A DNA stretch of 64,000 nucleotides, taken from contig NC_043003.1 of NCBI RefSeq assembly GCF_006345805.1, positions 83,638,001 to 83,702,000 of the forward strand, read 5' to 3'. This DNA is from Octopus sinensis (lineage: Eukaryota). The position numbers were made by a program, and so were the translations under genes. How positions within the stretch are numbered: position 1 is the stretch's first letter; the number at the start of each line of letters is the position of its first letter. The notes under the pieces were generated by a model, which saw nothing but the letters and a program-made list of their open reading frames with translations, had not been told where the DNA came from and searched no databases. Below are positions 14,820 to 29,435 of the stretch, one piece after another.

Positions 14820-15225
14820 ATTTAATATTTATGTTTTCCGGTCATCCATTAACCAACAACCATAACAAAGTCATGGCCTTTCAAAACAACAGATGACCAA
14901 TGAGGATACAGGACAGACCATAACCCTTGCCCCACTTCCCACAGGATTTCAACTACTCGATAAACAAAAAGTAATGGAAAATAATAAAGTAACTTGATTA
15001 ATACCTGGAAATTTATAACTTTTAGTACTGACTAATATCACAGGTATTAATATAAACTCTAACCCACTTATTGAGGACCTTGACCTCAAGCCCTCAATAG
15101 AAAACATACCGCATGTTTATATGTGTCTCCTTCTTCCCTTCTTTCCTGAGCGTCCAATAATACTTTATTTGTTCCACGTCCTTGCGTTGTTGTCTTTTTG
15201 TTTTCTTGTTTGGATTAACTTTATA
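14820..15225 (+). mobile_element. Decayed pLTR-like repeat fragment
   Basis: 3' segment (TTCC(C/T)GAGCGT..AATA..TTTGT..GTCTTTT..) resembles 33330-33415 and ends in (TA)n. Confidence 0.35.
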
Positions 15226-15397
15226 TATATATATATGTTTGTGTATAGTTATAATAATTATATAAAAAGAAAAATACAAACTACTACAGTAATGCTCCCT
15301 TCTCAACACAGGAAATATGTATGTACCTATGGGTATGTTTGTACATAAATATATATACATATGCATATATGTAAGTATAGATGTATATATATATATA

Positions 15398-15787
15398 CTC
15401 TTTTACTTGTTTCAGTCATTTGATTGCGGCCATGCTGGAGCACCGCCTTATAGTCGAGCAAATCAACCCCAGGACTTATTCTTTGTAAGCCCAGTACTTA
15501 TTCTATCGGTCTCTTTTGCCGAACCGCTAAGTGACGAGGACGTAAACACACCAGCATCAGTTGTCAAGCAATGCTAGGGGGACAAACACAGACACACAAA
15601 TACACATATATATACATATATACGACAGGCTTCTTTCAGTTTCCGTCTACCAAACCCACTCACAAGGCATTGGTCGGCCCGGAGCTATAGCAGAAGACAC
15701 TTGCCCAAGGTGCTACGCAGTGGGACTGAACCCGGAACCATGTGGTTGGTTAGCAAGCTACTTACCACACAGCCACTCCTGCGCCTA
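15398..15787 (-). mobile_element. SINE family A
   Basis: Full-length match, minus strand. Confidence 0.85.
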
Positions 15788-16433
15788 TTATATATATATA
15801 TGTATATATATGTATTCCACATTTAATACATCTTTTGATTCCTGCAATAATCTTAAGATATATTGATCATTTAAATTCCACTATTATTTCTCTTTTGATA
15901 ATTTTTCTTTCCTATGTTTATACTTTATCTAATAAGAATAATATAATACACCTAATAATAATAATTGATTCCTTTGTATGCATATACATATACATGTAAA
16001 TGTATAGATATATATTTATGTAAATGTAAAAGTGTGTATATATGTATGTATTTATATTTATAACTTATCTTATGAACTTTCTAAACTCTCTGACAAAGCC
16101 CAGAGGCACACCCAAGTACCTTAATCTTATCTACCAAATACTTCAGTTCACTGAAGAGATGGAAGTAATATGGGGTACTATAGCCTCCTGAATGAAACAG
16201 CTGTTAGATACTATCCTACCTTGTATGCTCTACGTTATATATTTTAATAATCACTGGTATTTTTATATTTTATATATTATATATGGAAAGTATAATATGT
16301 TATACATGTATGTATATTGCTATAATTGATTTTTTAAAAATAGACATATAATGTCTAAAAGTTGATGAATACCATATCTTGATTCCCTCCATTTTCTTAT
16401 TGCTGTGTATATATATACATACACATATAGATG

Positions 16434-16466
<33 letters not shown>

Positions 16467-16685
16467 ATAAACATATATATATATATATGTGTGTGTGTCT
16501 GTATATGTATATATACATATATATGTATACATATGTGTGTGTCTATGTATGTATATATACATATATATGTATACATATGTGTGTGTCTATATATGTATAT
16601 ATACATATATATGTATGTATACATATATATATATACATATATATACATACATATAAATACATTCATACATATATATACATTCATG

Positions 16686-16716
<31 letters not shown>

Positions 16717-19235
16717 GATTTCAGATGTTAATCTCTAATTTCTTACCCCATCGGTTTTTACCTCGGTACTCTTTTTCTACTGAATGTTTTTGCATATAAG
16801 TAACATGGATAGATTCCTCTGGCCGAGATTCATCATATAAGCTAAAATAAAATACAGATTGCCTTTAAAAAAAATATATTTGCACTCAAAGTCGATTTCA
16901 GGCATTATTCTCCTGTTTTTTGACTTCACATATTTTGCTGAAACACTTTTCTTAACTGAAACAATTCTCAAATTTTGTAGCTGAAAAGGTAATTTGGATG
17001 TGACCAATCTAAAAATGTAAACATCATTTAATTTGGTTAGTGACAAAGCCCTAAAAGTGGTCATCATAAGTGAGTAAATGTTGACCTCAAGAATATTACT
17101 CACACACAACTATGTGAGAATGATTACTTCTTTTAAGAAAAAAAATCTCTCAGCTACAAATGGTGACATTGTTGTCATTTCCTTCCCTACGGATTATCTA
17201 CTGCTTGTGCTTTCAAAGTTATGTGAATAAGACATTCCTTACTTGGAAAACAGGTAACAGCCAGCAACTGGAAGGGTATCTAACTTTAAAACAATATCCC
17301 AATATATATCCATCTAACCCAAGCCAGCATGGAAAAAAATGGACATAAAGTGAATGATAGAAGCATAGAAGAAAAGTAATGGCAGAATTATTAATTGGAA
17401 TAAAACCTCTACTGAAATCTAAAATTTTTACAATCCTTCCCTAAGTTTTTTTTTTAATTTTTTGATTTTTTTTAAAAATCAGTTTAAAATACGGACAGTT
17501 CGAATTCCTGACTTAAATCACAGTAATAGACCATTAAACATATTTATGGGGAGAAGAATATTTGAAAAATATCAATACATCAGACTGGCAAACCAACAAG
17601 GAGGATATAAGGGGGTAGTGACATGTGCTAACAATAAAAGCTATATAGCCCTTAAATCATACATCAAAAGTTCGTTTTTTTTTGTTTTTGTTTTTGCATA
17701 GCTGTATCAATTCTTGTGTGTAAAACACAAATTCACAAAAGTTTTCTGGAAATTCCCCAAAAAAACCGAAAAAGTTATGAGGGGTTATACAGCGCGCTTA
17801 AACAAAAATTCTGTCAGCACTTCTATATGCAAATGCATAAAATTACAAAGGTGCTTAATATGTTGCATAATGTGATTTTTGTCCCCAAGTAGCAACCATT
17901 ATCTCCTATTTGCTTGTCCCAAGAAAGCATGAAAAATGGCTGATATTTCCTTCAAACTTGCTTTTATTACAAATATTTATTCAAATACCAAAGAATCCCA
18001 CTCAACACATGGCTATGATGCTCCCCCACTAATTCTGCCAATGATCAGAGATGCACATACTATCAGCCTCAAAGAGACAGGCTCAAGTAGCTGAGGTCAA
18101 GCAACTGACAAGCAAATTTGTGGTATTGAGCAAAATATTTGCTATAACGATATTTGTGCTTCAGCAACTCAGCACTGAATCTGTCTGAAATGTAATGGAA
18201 AATAGGTCAGTTTCAGAACGTTGATGTCCTGTTCACAAAAACAGGTTTGAAAGAAATATTAGTCATTTCCTTTGATACAAAAATTAAAAATAGGAAATAA
18301 CACTTACTGACCAAAGACACCAAAAAATTTTCTTTTTATTTTGTTACATAGTGCTATTTGTTATTGAACCATTTGATATGTACTAAACTGCTATTCTAAG
18401 ATGCATGCTTCACACAAATGTTGATTTCTCAGTTTGTAGGTTACAAATGAAGAGACTGCCACATCCTTTTGCTCCCAACTATAAATGTAACAAGTGGATA
18501 GTACTATGTAAAACTTGATATGCTTTATGCATTCATTATCATCGTTTAAAGTCCATTTTCCATGCTAGCATGGGTTGGACGGTTTGACCAGGGATCTGGG
18601 AAGCCAGAAGGCTGCACCAGGCTCCAGTATGATCTGGCAGTGTTTCTACAGCTGGATCCCCTTCCTAACGCCAACCACTCTGGGAGTGTAGTGGGTGCTT
18701 TTTATGTGCCACCGACACAGGTGCCAGGCGAGGCTGGCAACATCCACGATCAGGTTGGTGCTTTTTACGTGCCACCGGCACGGAAGCCAGTCAAGGCGGC
18801 GCTGGCATCAGCCATGTTCGGATGGTGCTTTTTACGTGCCACTGGCACGGAAGCCAGTCTAGGCAGCGCTGGCATAAATTGCAAGTGACACTGGTCAGAA
18901 TTTCCAGCTGGACACCATACCAGTGTGTATATAGTATTAAGTATAATTATCACAATTTCTAGTTTTGTTATCAAAATGTAGGCTCTAAGCATCGATGATT
19001 TGAAAAACCTACGATGAAAATGATAATATATAAATACCTGGGTGCGAACAGCCATGTTACATGGCAGTAAAACAGGCTGTGACTGTGACTATATATATAT
19101 ATATATATCATCATCATTTAGCGTCCGTTCTCCATGCTAGCATGGGTTGGACGGTTCAACTGGGGTCTGTGAAGCTGGAAGGCTTCATCAGGCCCAGTCA
19201 GATCTGGCAGTGTTTCTACGGCTGGATGCCCTTCC

Positions 19236-19530
19236 TGGAGGCGCAATGGCCCAGTGGTTAGGGCAGCAGACTCATGGTCGTAGGATCGCGGTTCCGATTC
19301 CCAGACCGGGCGTTGTGAGTGTTTATTGAGCGAAAACACCTAAAGCTCCACGAGACTCCGGCAGGGGGGGGGGTGATCCCTGCTGTACTCTTTCGCCACA
19401 ACTTTCTTCTGTTGGCCTGCTCGCTTAGCCAGTGGGGTGGCATCATTTGAAGGCTAAAACAATGCGAAGCGTATTGTGACCAGCGATGTGTAGCAACATC
19501 TGATAGCCTGGTCGGTCACGGTGACGGTGA
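19236..19530 (+). mobile_element. tRNA-derived SINE family D
   Basis: A-box TGGCCCAGTGG and B-box-like GGTTCCGATTCC; abuts a truncated family C copy. Confidence 0.75.
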
Positions 19531-20284
19531 TATATATACATGTGAAGGCTTGAAAGAAATGAAGCTAGTATGCTTTACTAGATGTACAATGTCAGTGTGC
19601 ACATACGACAGAGTGTAAGTATCTTGAGAGAAAAATTGGGCATAAAAGGCTCAGATGTGGTGCACAAGAGACTGATAGGATAAGTACCAGGTTTAAAAAA
19701 AAAAGTACTAGGGCTGATTTATTCAACTAAGAATTCTTCATGCTGGTGTCCCAGGATGGCCACAGTCTAAAGACAAACAAGTAAAAGAGTATAAAAGATA
19801 AAAAGATATATATTCTACATTAGAAATATATTGAATTAAGATAATGATATTAAACACATTTATCATTGTCGTGAAGACTAACTAATACACACCCACATCA
19901 ATATTAATATCAATAAATCAAGGCCTCTCCAGAAATAATAAGCAACATCCTGGTACTGTAAGATAAACTATTTAAGGTGGGTGGAAGAGGCAAAACTAGA
20001 GTGGCTAGAGTTCAACACAACAAAAAATAAAGAAAAAAATTTAACGTATTTCATAAGAATGAATGTGGTTTTTGTGATGTTATTTCTTTTACTTTTCTTG
20101 TCGTTAGATATTTTGTGAACGGAAATATTTATTAAACCGCCCAGATTAATTTTCCATTTGAACTAGTTCTGACTGATTATGTTACTTGTTGTCACAGCAG
20201 ATGGGCTATTTAGCGAAGAAGATAAAAAAATTTTCCATTCAAATCTTATCATTACCATCATTATTGTTACTATCGTGGACTTAC

Positions 20285-20344
20285 ATGCTGGCCTGTCATT
20301 CCCATCATAATGTTGTTTGCAGCAGCTTTCACAAGTAGAAGGGT
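20285..20344 (-). CDS. Candidate 60-nt internal exon ((D)PSTCESCCKQHYDGNDRPA)
   Basis: CAG acceptor, GTAAGT donor, phase 1-1, open and Cys-rich; the acceptor lacks a polypyrimidine tract (triplet repeat instead). Confidence 0.3.
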
Positions 20345-20769
20345 CTGAGCAGCAGCAGCAGCAATAACAACCACCACCACCACCACCACCACCACCACCA
20401 CAACATGCATCAACCATGCACCAGTGTCTTATGCCAACACTTTGTCAAAGTATTTCATGATGTTTGCAACATGAGTATGTTTTTATAGAGCTTTACTTAA
20501 AATTGTTCCAGTTTAAAAACCGGACACCTTTTTTGTTGTAAGCTACCACAAAAGAACAGACTAGAAACGTTCAAAGTGGGACACCATTAGTATAAGATAA
20601 ATTCTCTTTCTACTGCAAGAGTTTTCTCCACATTGATGATGCACTATGCTTAATCTTCAAGTCAGGAAGGTCTCTAGCTGAAATACTGTCAAAGATAATT
20701 CACCTCAAATACACCCACAAATGTTAACACACGAGGCAATATTTAAAGACTCGTGCAACACAAATTGGC

Positions 20770-21175
20770 ATATAGGTGCAGGCATAACTGTGTGGTAAGA
20801 AGATTGCTTCCCAATCACATGGTACCAGGTTCAGTCCCACAGTGTAGCACCTTGGGCAAATGTCTTCTACTATAGACTTTGGGCTGGCCAAAGCCTTGTG
20901 AATGGATTTGGTGAACTGAAACTCAAAGAAGGCCATCGTGTGTATGTGTGTGTGTTGTCATGTCTGTGTTTGTCTTCCACCACCACTTGACAACCACTGC
21001 TGGTGTGTTGACATTCCTGTAACTCAGCAGTTCGACAAAAAGAGACCGATAGAATAAGTACCAGGCTTAACAAGGAAATAAGTACTGGAGTCAATTCATT
21101 TGACTAAAAATTCTTCAAGCTGGTGTCCCAGCATGGCCACAGTCTAATGACTGAGACAAGTAAAAGATAGAAGAT
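20770..21175 (+). mobile_element. SINE family A (diverged)
   Basis: Same layout with more substitutions. Confidence 0.8.
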
Positions 21176-24100
21176 ATGAAAAGGAAAGTTACAGAAACTA
21201 CTGAATAGGAATTTAGAGAAAAATATATTTGAATAAATTTTATTTTCAACAAGGAAAATTCAATATGAGAAGCAAACTTGTTTACAATTTGCTTTTCATA
21301 ACAAAGCAAAATCTGTTTGCCATTTGTCTAAACTGTGTAGTTACACATTGTAGCAAGGATATGTACAGGTTATGACAAGTGTCAAGATATATGATTATAC
21401 AGAACAGCAAGAATGTAAGTAGTGATATAAGTAAAGATAAACTGTAACACAGTACAAGAAGGATGCGTGTGTGTGGGATCAGTGATATTTTAACTATACT
21501 ATTGACAATTTATTAGAGATAATGTTGGTTAGTAACCCTTTTGTTACTGTATTTATTTTGAAATGCTCTGTATTTCTTTCAACTACTTTAAATATAACAA
21601 AGAATTTAGTAAAATAATTTAGTTATCATTAAGCTGGTGTTAGGAACATAAATTGTGACTAAGGTTTGGTGGGAGATTTTAATTCAAAACAAGAGCCAGA
21701 GCCGGTTTCAGCTGGGTTGGTAACAGAAGGGCTGTGTTAATCAGTGATTGCAGCTGCCTAACTAAAACTGATGTCTAACACAGACAGACAGAAAGGATGC
21801 ATATTTTGGGGGAAGGGTATAGTTGATTAAATTGCTTTCTATGCTTGACAGGTACTTATTTCACCAAAACCCTAAAAAGTTAAAAGGTAACACGGACCTT
21901 GTGAGGGTTTGAACTCAGAACGTAAAGGACCACAACTAAATACCATAAAGCATTTTATTGCCTAAAAGATAGACAGATTAATTCCTCAGGTTGTAAATTA
22001 CAGATGAGGAAACTGCAACATTCTTTAACTCTCAACTATAAACATAAGTGGATGATTACTGCCTAACGTAAAACTTGATATGCTTTGCACATTCATAGAG
22101 AATATTATGTAAGCTGTATGTAGCATTTGTCAGAATTTCTAGGTGGATAGCTTACACAAGTTTTGGAAAGTAGGTTTTTAGAAAACAAGGGCAATGCATG
22201 AAAAGAGACACAGAGATCTGCTCAATTAAGGTTAACTTGGTGGTGAGCAAAGTGTAGAAGTACCATATATTGAATACTTAGCATGCCTGCATGTTCGTAT
22301 ATTAGAGTAACTCTAAGCTAGTGTACACCAAAAATCCTGCCATCTGTTTTTAAATATGCACATTTCAAAACAAAAACAGATCTTGCTGAGCCCACATAGT
22401 CACTCAAATTCCTAGAAACAGCAGCCAAATCTTCATAACAGTATATCCTAGTATCTAAGAAGAAAGGATACTCTGATTAACGGAGTTACAGTGAAGGGTG
22501 GTACTCTGTTCACAAAATGAATTGAAGAGAAAAAGCAACCATGATGCAGGAAGAAAGACAATCAGTGCTACTATATAGCAAGCAGTCTATGGCAGTATCT
22601 ATAATCTACATACTGTAATGTGTAGTTTACCAAGACCTCCACCAAACACAGTTACTAAGGCCAATCAACAAATTCTCTCATATCCTTCATACATTTTACC
22701 CTTTATAAATCCTCTGAAAGACATCCACATGAAAGTCGTCTCAAAAAAAAAAGGGAGTGCCGGTTATTACTATTAATCCATGAAGTAAAATTTTGCTTTT
22801 ATTCTTATTAAGGGCTACGATCGATCGCTAATACATTCTATAATAAATGCTTCTTTTTATCTTGTAATGTAAACACTCAGGGTAGACAGCATGTTATAAT
22901 AAAAGTGTCTGTAGTCATACATCATCATTATTGAGAGGTAATATTAATCCCCACTTAAACATACTCTATTGGATCAAACTTTACTGCAGTAGATACCATG
23001 AGAGAAACTTCCATATTGTCTTTTGGTGCAAAATGCCCTCTTGTTTAAATCACTAGCAGGGAGCTAAATCCCTGCCATCTCCAGCACTGAGACCATCAGA
23101 TAATGTAATTTCAACTTTCCTTGGTCTTATTAATGATGAACACTTTAATAAGTTCAGGCATGTAAAAAGAAAGTGTCAAGACTAAACGTATTAGGATTAC
23201 TCTTAGTAATATCGGGATTCAGTTCAATACATTAGTAGTCCATTTAGTAAAACACAACTATGTGGATGCCCAATCAGATGTTGAACATTTCAGTATGTAT
23301 TCCATCTTGGTATGGAAACCAATGTCCCCACTGGTATCTTCATTCTCTGAAAAGGTCCCCATCATACTCGATGGTATGATTTTTGAAGATGTTGATCAAT
23401 TTTAAGCATCTTTATGCATCTTTCACATTGACCATACATGTGGTACATTCTGTCATTTTCAACCTCAGCTTTGATCTAGATCTAAGATCCATATAACCAC
23501 AAAAGTTTACATGTGAAGAGTATATGTTTACACTAGTCAGTTATATACAGCTGCAAAACATATCCAGGCTGGAAGTATTTGAGCTACTTTCACTTTTAGC
23601 AAGATTTTTTTATGCTTACACTTAGGATTTTGTATCAACCACTGAAGTCTGTAATCTTTGATTTGCTTCAAAGACTTAAGGTACTCTTTGTTGGTTTGGG
23701 CATGCACTCCTTTGTCTATGGAACAAACTCATCTGTGATGCAATCATGTCCGAACTGCACTTAGGATGATGTAGAAAGCAATTGAAAAGGTGAATGAAAA
23801 TAAGTCAGATCTTGAATCAACATCTGCAAATATGATAACAGCTGTTCAAATCAAGACTGGCTGATGTGTTCTCCATCAGACATTTATGACCAGGTTCATG
23901 CAACTGTAGGCTCACTGGCTGGAGGTGGCTCAACCTATGCCAGGTGAACACTAACACAAGTACAAGTGTTTGATCATAAGAAAAAAAAATATTGCTTGCT
24001 GTTATTTAGTTCCAGGCTAATCCTGTGCAAACTGAGTTATAATCAAAGGCATTCTTTACCAGTACAATCCCACCTATCTTAAAATTTTATTTGTAGAGTA

Positions 24101-26314
24101 CAGTTTGAAGGAGATTTGACTGTTATTTCTGAAAGGTTGAGGAACCATGTAGAGGTTGCCTTGACTGTTTCTTTGTAAACGTAACCAAGTAACAGAGAGT
24201 GCTGCTACTTCGCTTCAATGCTAATATGAATTAAACCAGAAATCAATAACTATTGCATATGCTCGCTCGTCAATACATATTATTATATACATACACATAG
24301 TAACTGAACACATGTGATAAGAACAGATCAATGAGTCATCAATATAACGACTTTTCTATCATTCGATCAGCTTTCCAACCACAACCGTGCGTCATCTATT
24401 GCAATATAATGTCTCCTTTCTAAATAAAGTTAGGGGTGATTGGAGGGAGATTTAGTTGAACAGATCGAGTAATTGAAATTGCAGATGTTGGAATAGAATA
24501 TACCCAATATGCTGATTCTGTGGATTGCAGCACGACCTCTGACCTGCTTTCAACGGGTCATAGGGCATCTTGAATAGGACAGACCGAGATTACAGATTAA
24601 CAATAAGCTTTTCTACATAACGCGACAAGGTAGAATCCAAATCTCCCTGCAACTGCAGCTAACAAGCTTAAAAAGGGAATAACACATTATATATAACACT
24701 AAAAAGAATACGTTTTGCTCAAGAATGATGAGCGAGAATGCTGGTCAAGACTAACCAGAAACTAAATGATGGTAATAAAAAGAGGGGCAACATGAAGAAG
24801 TATAGACTAAATATCCAAAATTAGGAGGGAGGAGAAACCTTCTCAATGTGACTTCTTTTTAAATTTTTGTCAGAGAGAGAAGGATAACGCCAGTGACCGT
24901 TTATTTTTCTGTCCAGGGCTACCGGCACTCGCAAGCCCGAATGCTTACAACAGAAGTGATCCCCACAGAAGTCACCCAAAAAAAAAGGACCAGATGGATA
25001 GTGATGTTAAGTCTACCTCCCCAAAAGTTTTAATTTAAACGCTCGTTAATAATTTATACTAGAGGCGGCGATCTTTCGTCTGAATGATTGCCCTAGAGGC
25101 ATTTTGTATGCCTTCATCTGCAATACCAATCTGATTAAGACATAAACATTAATATCGCTCCAACACTGATTTTAAAATGTTTTTTTCTTTTTTTTTTTTT
25201 CTCGCTCTAACTTTTGTAAAATATGCTTTTTTTCACAGAATATTTTAATTAAAATGTATTTTGTACTTCATCATATAATATATTGGGACAATTCAATAAA
25301 CTCTACCCTTTCACTACATGCAGATTTCTATGCGGGTTTTCAAGTGGATGATAGCACAAAATATAAATCAATATTTGAAATTTACACTTCCAATCAATAG
25401 TTTTTGTAAATAACCTTAAAAGAAACAGTTCAATAGTGTTCGTACAAAAATCTTTGTATAAGCTGTATGTATATGAATGAAAGAGGTAACAGAAGTGGGA
25501 TGCATCTGTGAATGTTATCGACTGAGCAACAGTTGCAGTTAAAAAAGATATTTTGACAATGACAAGGTCGTTGCTACTATCAACTATCTTTTTCGACTAA
25601 CACACACCTGTGTCTATATCCAGTTTAGAAATAGCAGCCAAATCTCTCTCAGATCATATCGTTCCATCTTTAAAAAAAAAAAGATAGAACGGATGAAAGA
25701 TTAATTAATCTGGTCCTTGGTACACAACGGTCTGGCATTATTAAAATATATAAAACGATAAGGTTGTAGTTGGAATATCTTTGAATATAGGATTGCTAGA
25801 TCACAGTAAACTACGGGTAAACAATAACTGAGAAACTTTCAGGGCACTAGTTGATATCAGATGAAAATAAAAGTTAGGGAAACTTTGATGAGAAAAGCAA
25901 TCTCGTAGATACTTAGAGATTATCAATATAAGTGTCTGTGTGTCTGTTTGTTTATCGTCATGTGATATTGCTGTTATAATTAGCTTGAGTTCGCAGACTC
26001 TTTTTATATATATATATATATATATACCTATATATATTATATATTTGGTCCGAATTTTTAATTAACTGACACGATAAAACAAATACCCATACCTATATAT
26101 TTCCGTAAAATACCTTTGTATTAAAAATAAAATAAAATAAATCTAACAATCAGGCATTTAAAATCTATTACTACTAAGATATAAAAAAAAAAGTTCAGTA
26201 GTAAATAGAAAGCAAGTAACTGAATTCCGGATTTATGATTTGATGCAAGCAGGGCAGAGAGATTTCTTAGTGAGGACAATATAAAAATAAAGTATGCGAT
26301 CCAAAAGAACTTAC

Positions 26315-26360
26315 CATAAGCTATGATAGAAAGCAATCCTAAAGTGATGAAAACCTGCAT
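26315..26360 (-). CDS. Putative first coding exon (signal peptide MQVFITLGLLSIIAY-G) of an unidentified secreted/membrane protein gene
   Basis: ATG at 26358-26360, 46 nt, hydrophobic, followed by consensus donor GTAAGT (phase 1); upstream context shared with the 11349-11394 exon. Confidence 0.6.
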
Positions 26361-26917
26361 TTTTTTCTTACAACGAGGAAGAGGAAAAATCGTCATTTGC
26401 TTTGCCTCGGGAACATGCCTTCTACAGAACCTATCAACATCCGGTGTCTATATTAATAATGGCACCAAGGGAAGTAACTCGGTCGTTTTATTTCAATTGG
26501 CTGTTTCGCTGATGAGCTGAATCAATCAATAGACGTTTGGGGAAATGGGTTGTGGTAGGTACTTATACTCCGATTTTATATGTCCCAACTCCAAATCCCG
26601 TTGGAGTCAACTTTGCTTTTTATCTCTTAGCAGTTGATATAATAAAGTAACAGTTAAATATTGTGGTTAGTTTTTATTTATTTTACTTACTAACACCCTT
26701 AACACAAATTTTTGACATTTTTACTTGGATTGACAGTATCATTACAGTGTCTGACAAAATACTTTGTGATATTTATTCCGGCTTTTTACGTCCACTGTTT
26801 AGTTCCCGGTGGGGTGAACTGTGTATTTCATATCTCTGGGGTTGATGAAATAAAAAGGTCAGTGTAATCGACTAAGATCTAACAAAATTATTGACTTTGT
26901 GCTAACAATTATTATGA

Positions 26918-26962
<45 letters not shown>

Positions 26963-27199
26963 AGCGATTTTGCCTAGAAGTTGTGATAATAGATAGATCC
27001 GCTAAACAAGTATCTTGTCTCTAAGAATCCGATTAAATTAGGTACAAATATTCTTGATAGCAGCTATCGAAATGAGTGGTAAACTTTCGTTTGTTTCCTA
27101 CGAAACAAAATGAAATGAAGGGACATTTTTATTTGAATTTTCATACTTCTTTATCAGATTTATTTGAAAAAAAAAAAATTAAAATTCTTCAGCGTAACG

Positions 27200-28760
27200 A
27201 ATTGACAGGCTTGACGTTTATAAGAAAGCAGACATATTCCTAACCGAATGACCATGCATGACTGTTGTCAATGACCATGCATGACTGTTGTCAAGCTTGT
27301 AAAACCATAAAAATAAGTTAATTTTCATTTGGCTTGAGGTGGGATGAGTTCTGATATTTTAGGCTGCGTCTTTCTTTGTTGTTTATAAGTATAAGAGGAC
27401 GTTGTGTGAAAACACGAGAGAAAGAGACACGCGGAGATTGTGTTTATAGATAAACTGGTATACAGAGAGCGCAAAGCAACCAAGAAAGAAACAATGCACC
27501 AAGAAAGACAAAGGCACCAAACAGGAAAAACAGAGCACTCACTCAACTAGGTAACAGACATATCGACTAAACCGCCCTAGCACCAATGATAGTCCTGATA
27601 CGATTACAGAAGCAATTACGAGACAGTCATGTGACCCCCTGCCCATTGTACCTGTAACGACAGCGCTTAACGAGTCCTTGACCTTTTGTAGCCAACCGTC
27701 GGTCTTCTCTCCACTACACACCCAGTGCAATGCACCCAACGCCATGTGACCGCGTGACCTCCAAGGTTACATGGCGTTGGGTGCATTATATGATGTCATG
27801 GTTTGCCCAGGTCTTGCTGCTCGCGAAATACGTTCTCGTCATCATGTAGGACTTTTGCTTGATGTCTTCGTGCACCGCATATCTGCATAGTGGACAATGA
27901 TGCACCTTCAGATTTACAGTGATACACTTATCTAGAAGTTCCCCTCTAACATTATTACAAATTAGAACCCATCTAGATTATTCTGAAGCATCTCCACGAT
28001 GGGCTTGTGCTCCGCCGGGGTTGTCGTTGATGATATCCTGGATCTGCTGGACGAACAACGCTGTCCTGACGACGTCTAACTAGCGAAAATTTTTCATACT
28101 TTCGTCATGTCATCCGTGGCCCAAAATCTCCAACTTTTTCCCGACCCTGAACACAAACGACCCGGTCGCGTTTAAAGAGCTAATGATTCTGATTACGTGT
28201 GGATGACAACTAGAGCTTCAAGCAAGGCGTGCGTTTTAATTTCCTATAACAGATTGGAACCTTCCATACTGAAATGTTTCAAAGAGAAATGAGAAAGTTG
28301 AAATTTGTTAAGTTAAGTTAATTTTTGGGCTCAAAAAGCGAAAAGCAAGGCCATGTAGGGGGTATACCATGTAGCATTACGTTAGATCTCTTCAAGTCTG
28401 TTCAAGAATACCCGGCGCTCCATGGCAGAAATTATTTTATTTATGCACCCTCTTCAAGCCTAGCCAGGCTCATGGGCCCGGTTACCCGGTTTCTCTTTTG
28501 GAGAGTGTTTGTGGACGGATGAGTGAATTTGATGTTGCTCAAAGGGGTACAGAATCAGCATGATGCGGCGGGGGTAAACCAGCATATGCTGTCGGGCTCC
28601 GCTGCTGAAACTGGGGGTTGCGTTCTGTTCCTTGACCCGAGCATAGAACGGGGCTCGCCTTTTTGAGCTGGGAAATGAATGGAATGCCTGATGTGTGTTT
28701 TGTTGTGGCTACCCACTCCTAAAAGAATGGGAAACAGGATCTGGTCAGGCCTGCTTAAAA
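27200..28760. mobile_element. Unclassified decayed, GC-richer transposon remnant (possibly LTR type)
   Basis: Compositional shift, a 23-bp tandem duplication at 27248-27293, no clean motif recognised. Confidence 0.25.
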
Positions 28761-29435
28761 TTGCACAGATTGCTAAAATCTTTGAAAATGTGTAAAATAG
28801 ATTTGAGAGCTTAAGTAAGTTTTTTATGTTTTTCACAGCAAGGCAACCATTCCATGGTTCATATGTTTGGATATGCTCTCAGAAGTTACTACACACATTT
28901 GTACATATTGACTTTGTCATAAATGAATAAATGTAATACATGTACCACAAAACTGTATAAGACTTTATAGACACCTAGGACATCTTGTGATATAGATTGA
29001 GGTTATATATCTCTGCTACTGTGATTTGAGAAAACGTTTGTCAGTCTACATCGATGGTTCGCTCCTTATTTCATAAAAGTGCAGACCTTTTCAAACCCGG
29101 TTTCGGTTTATCAGAAGCAATGTCATTATTCTTTTAGAATGCAGTGAGCTAGATGTTTAGTGGCATTTCGTTTGTCTTAACGCTCTGAGTTCAAATATAG
29201 CCGAGGTCGACTTTGCGTTTCATCCTTTCGGAGTCGATGAAATGAGTACCAGTTGAGCACTGGGGTCGATGTAATTGACTTACCTTCTCCTTCGAATTTG
29301 CTGGCCTTGTGCCGAAATTTGAAATCAGTATGACTGTTCTTTACCTTACAGTAAAAGTAAAACTGATGAACGCTAGGTTTCCCGTGAACAAGAAATATGT
29401 AATGTTTAGTCTCGAGCTATTTATAAGGATCTATA

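Noticed and set aside
16120-16187. Open 68-nt exon-like segment on minus (GGYSTPYYFHLFSELKYLVDKIK)
   Set aside because: The donor is weak, and joining it after the 20285 candidate creates TGA; insufficient support without transcripts.
19236-19310. tRNA-like sequences with A/B boxes at SINE heads
   Set aside because: They are SINE heads without a complete cloverleaf; not called as tRNA genes.
20163-20417. ORF with poly-Gly/poly-Cys (MVDACCGGGG..CCCCC)
   Set aside because: The homopolymers come from a (TGG)n(TGC)n microsatellite; only the internal 60-nt exon candidate is retained.
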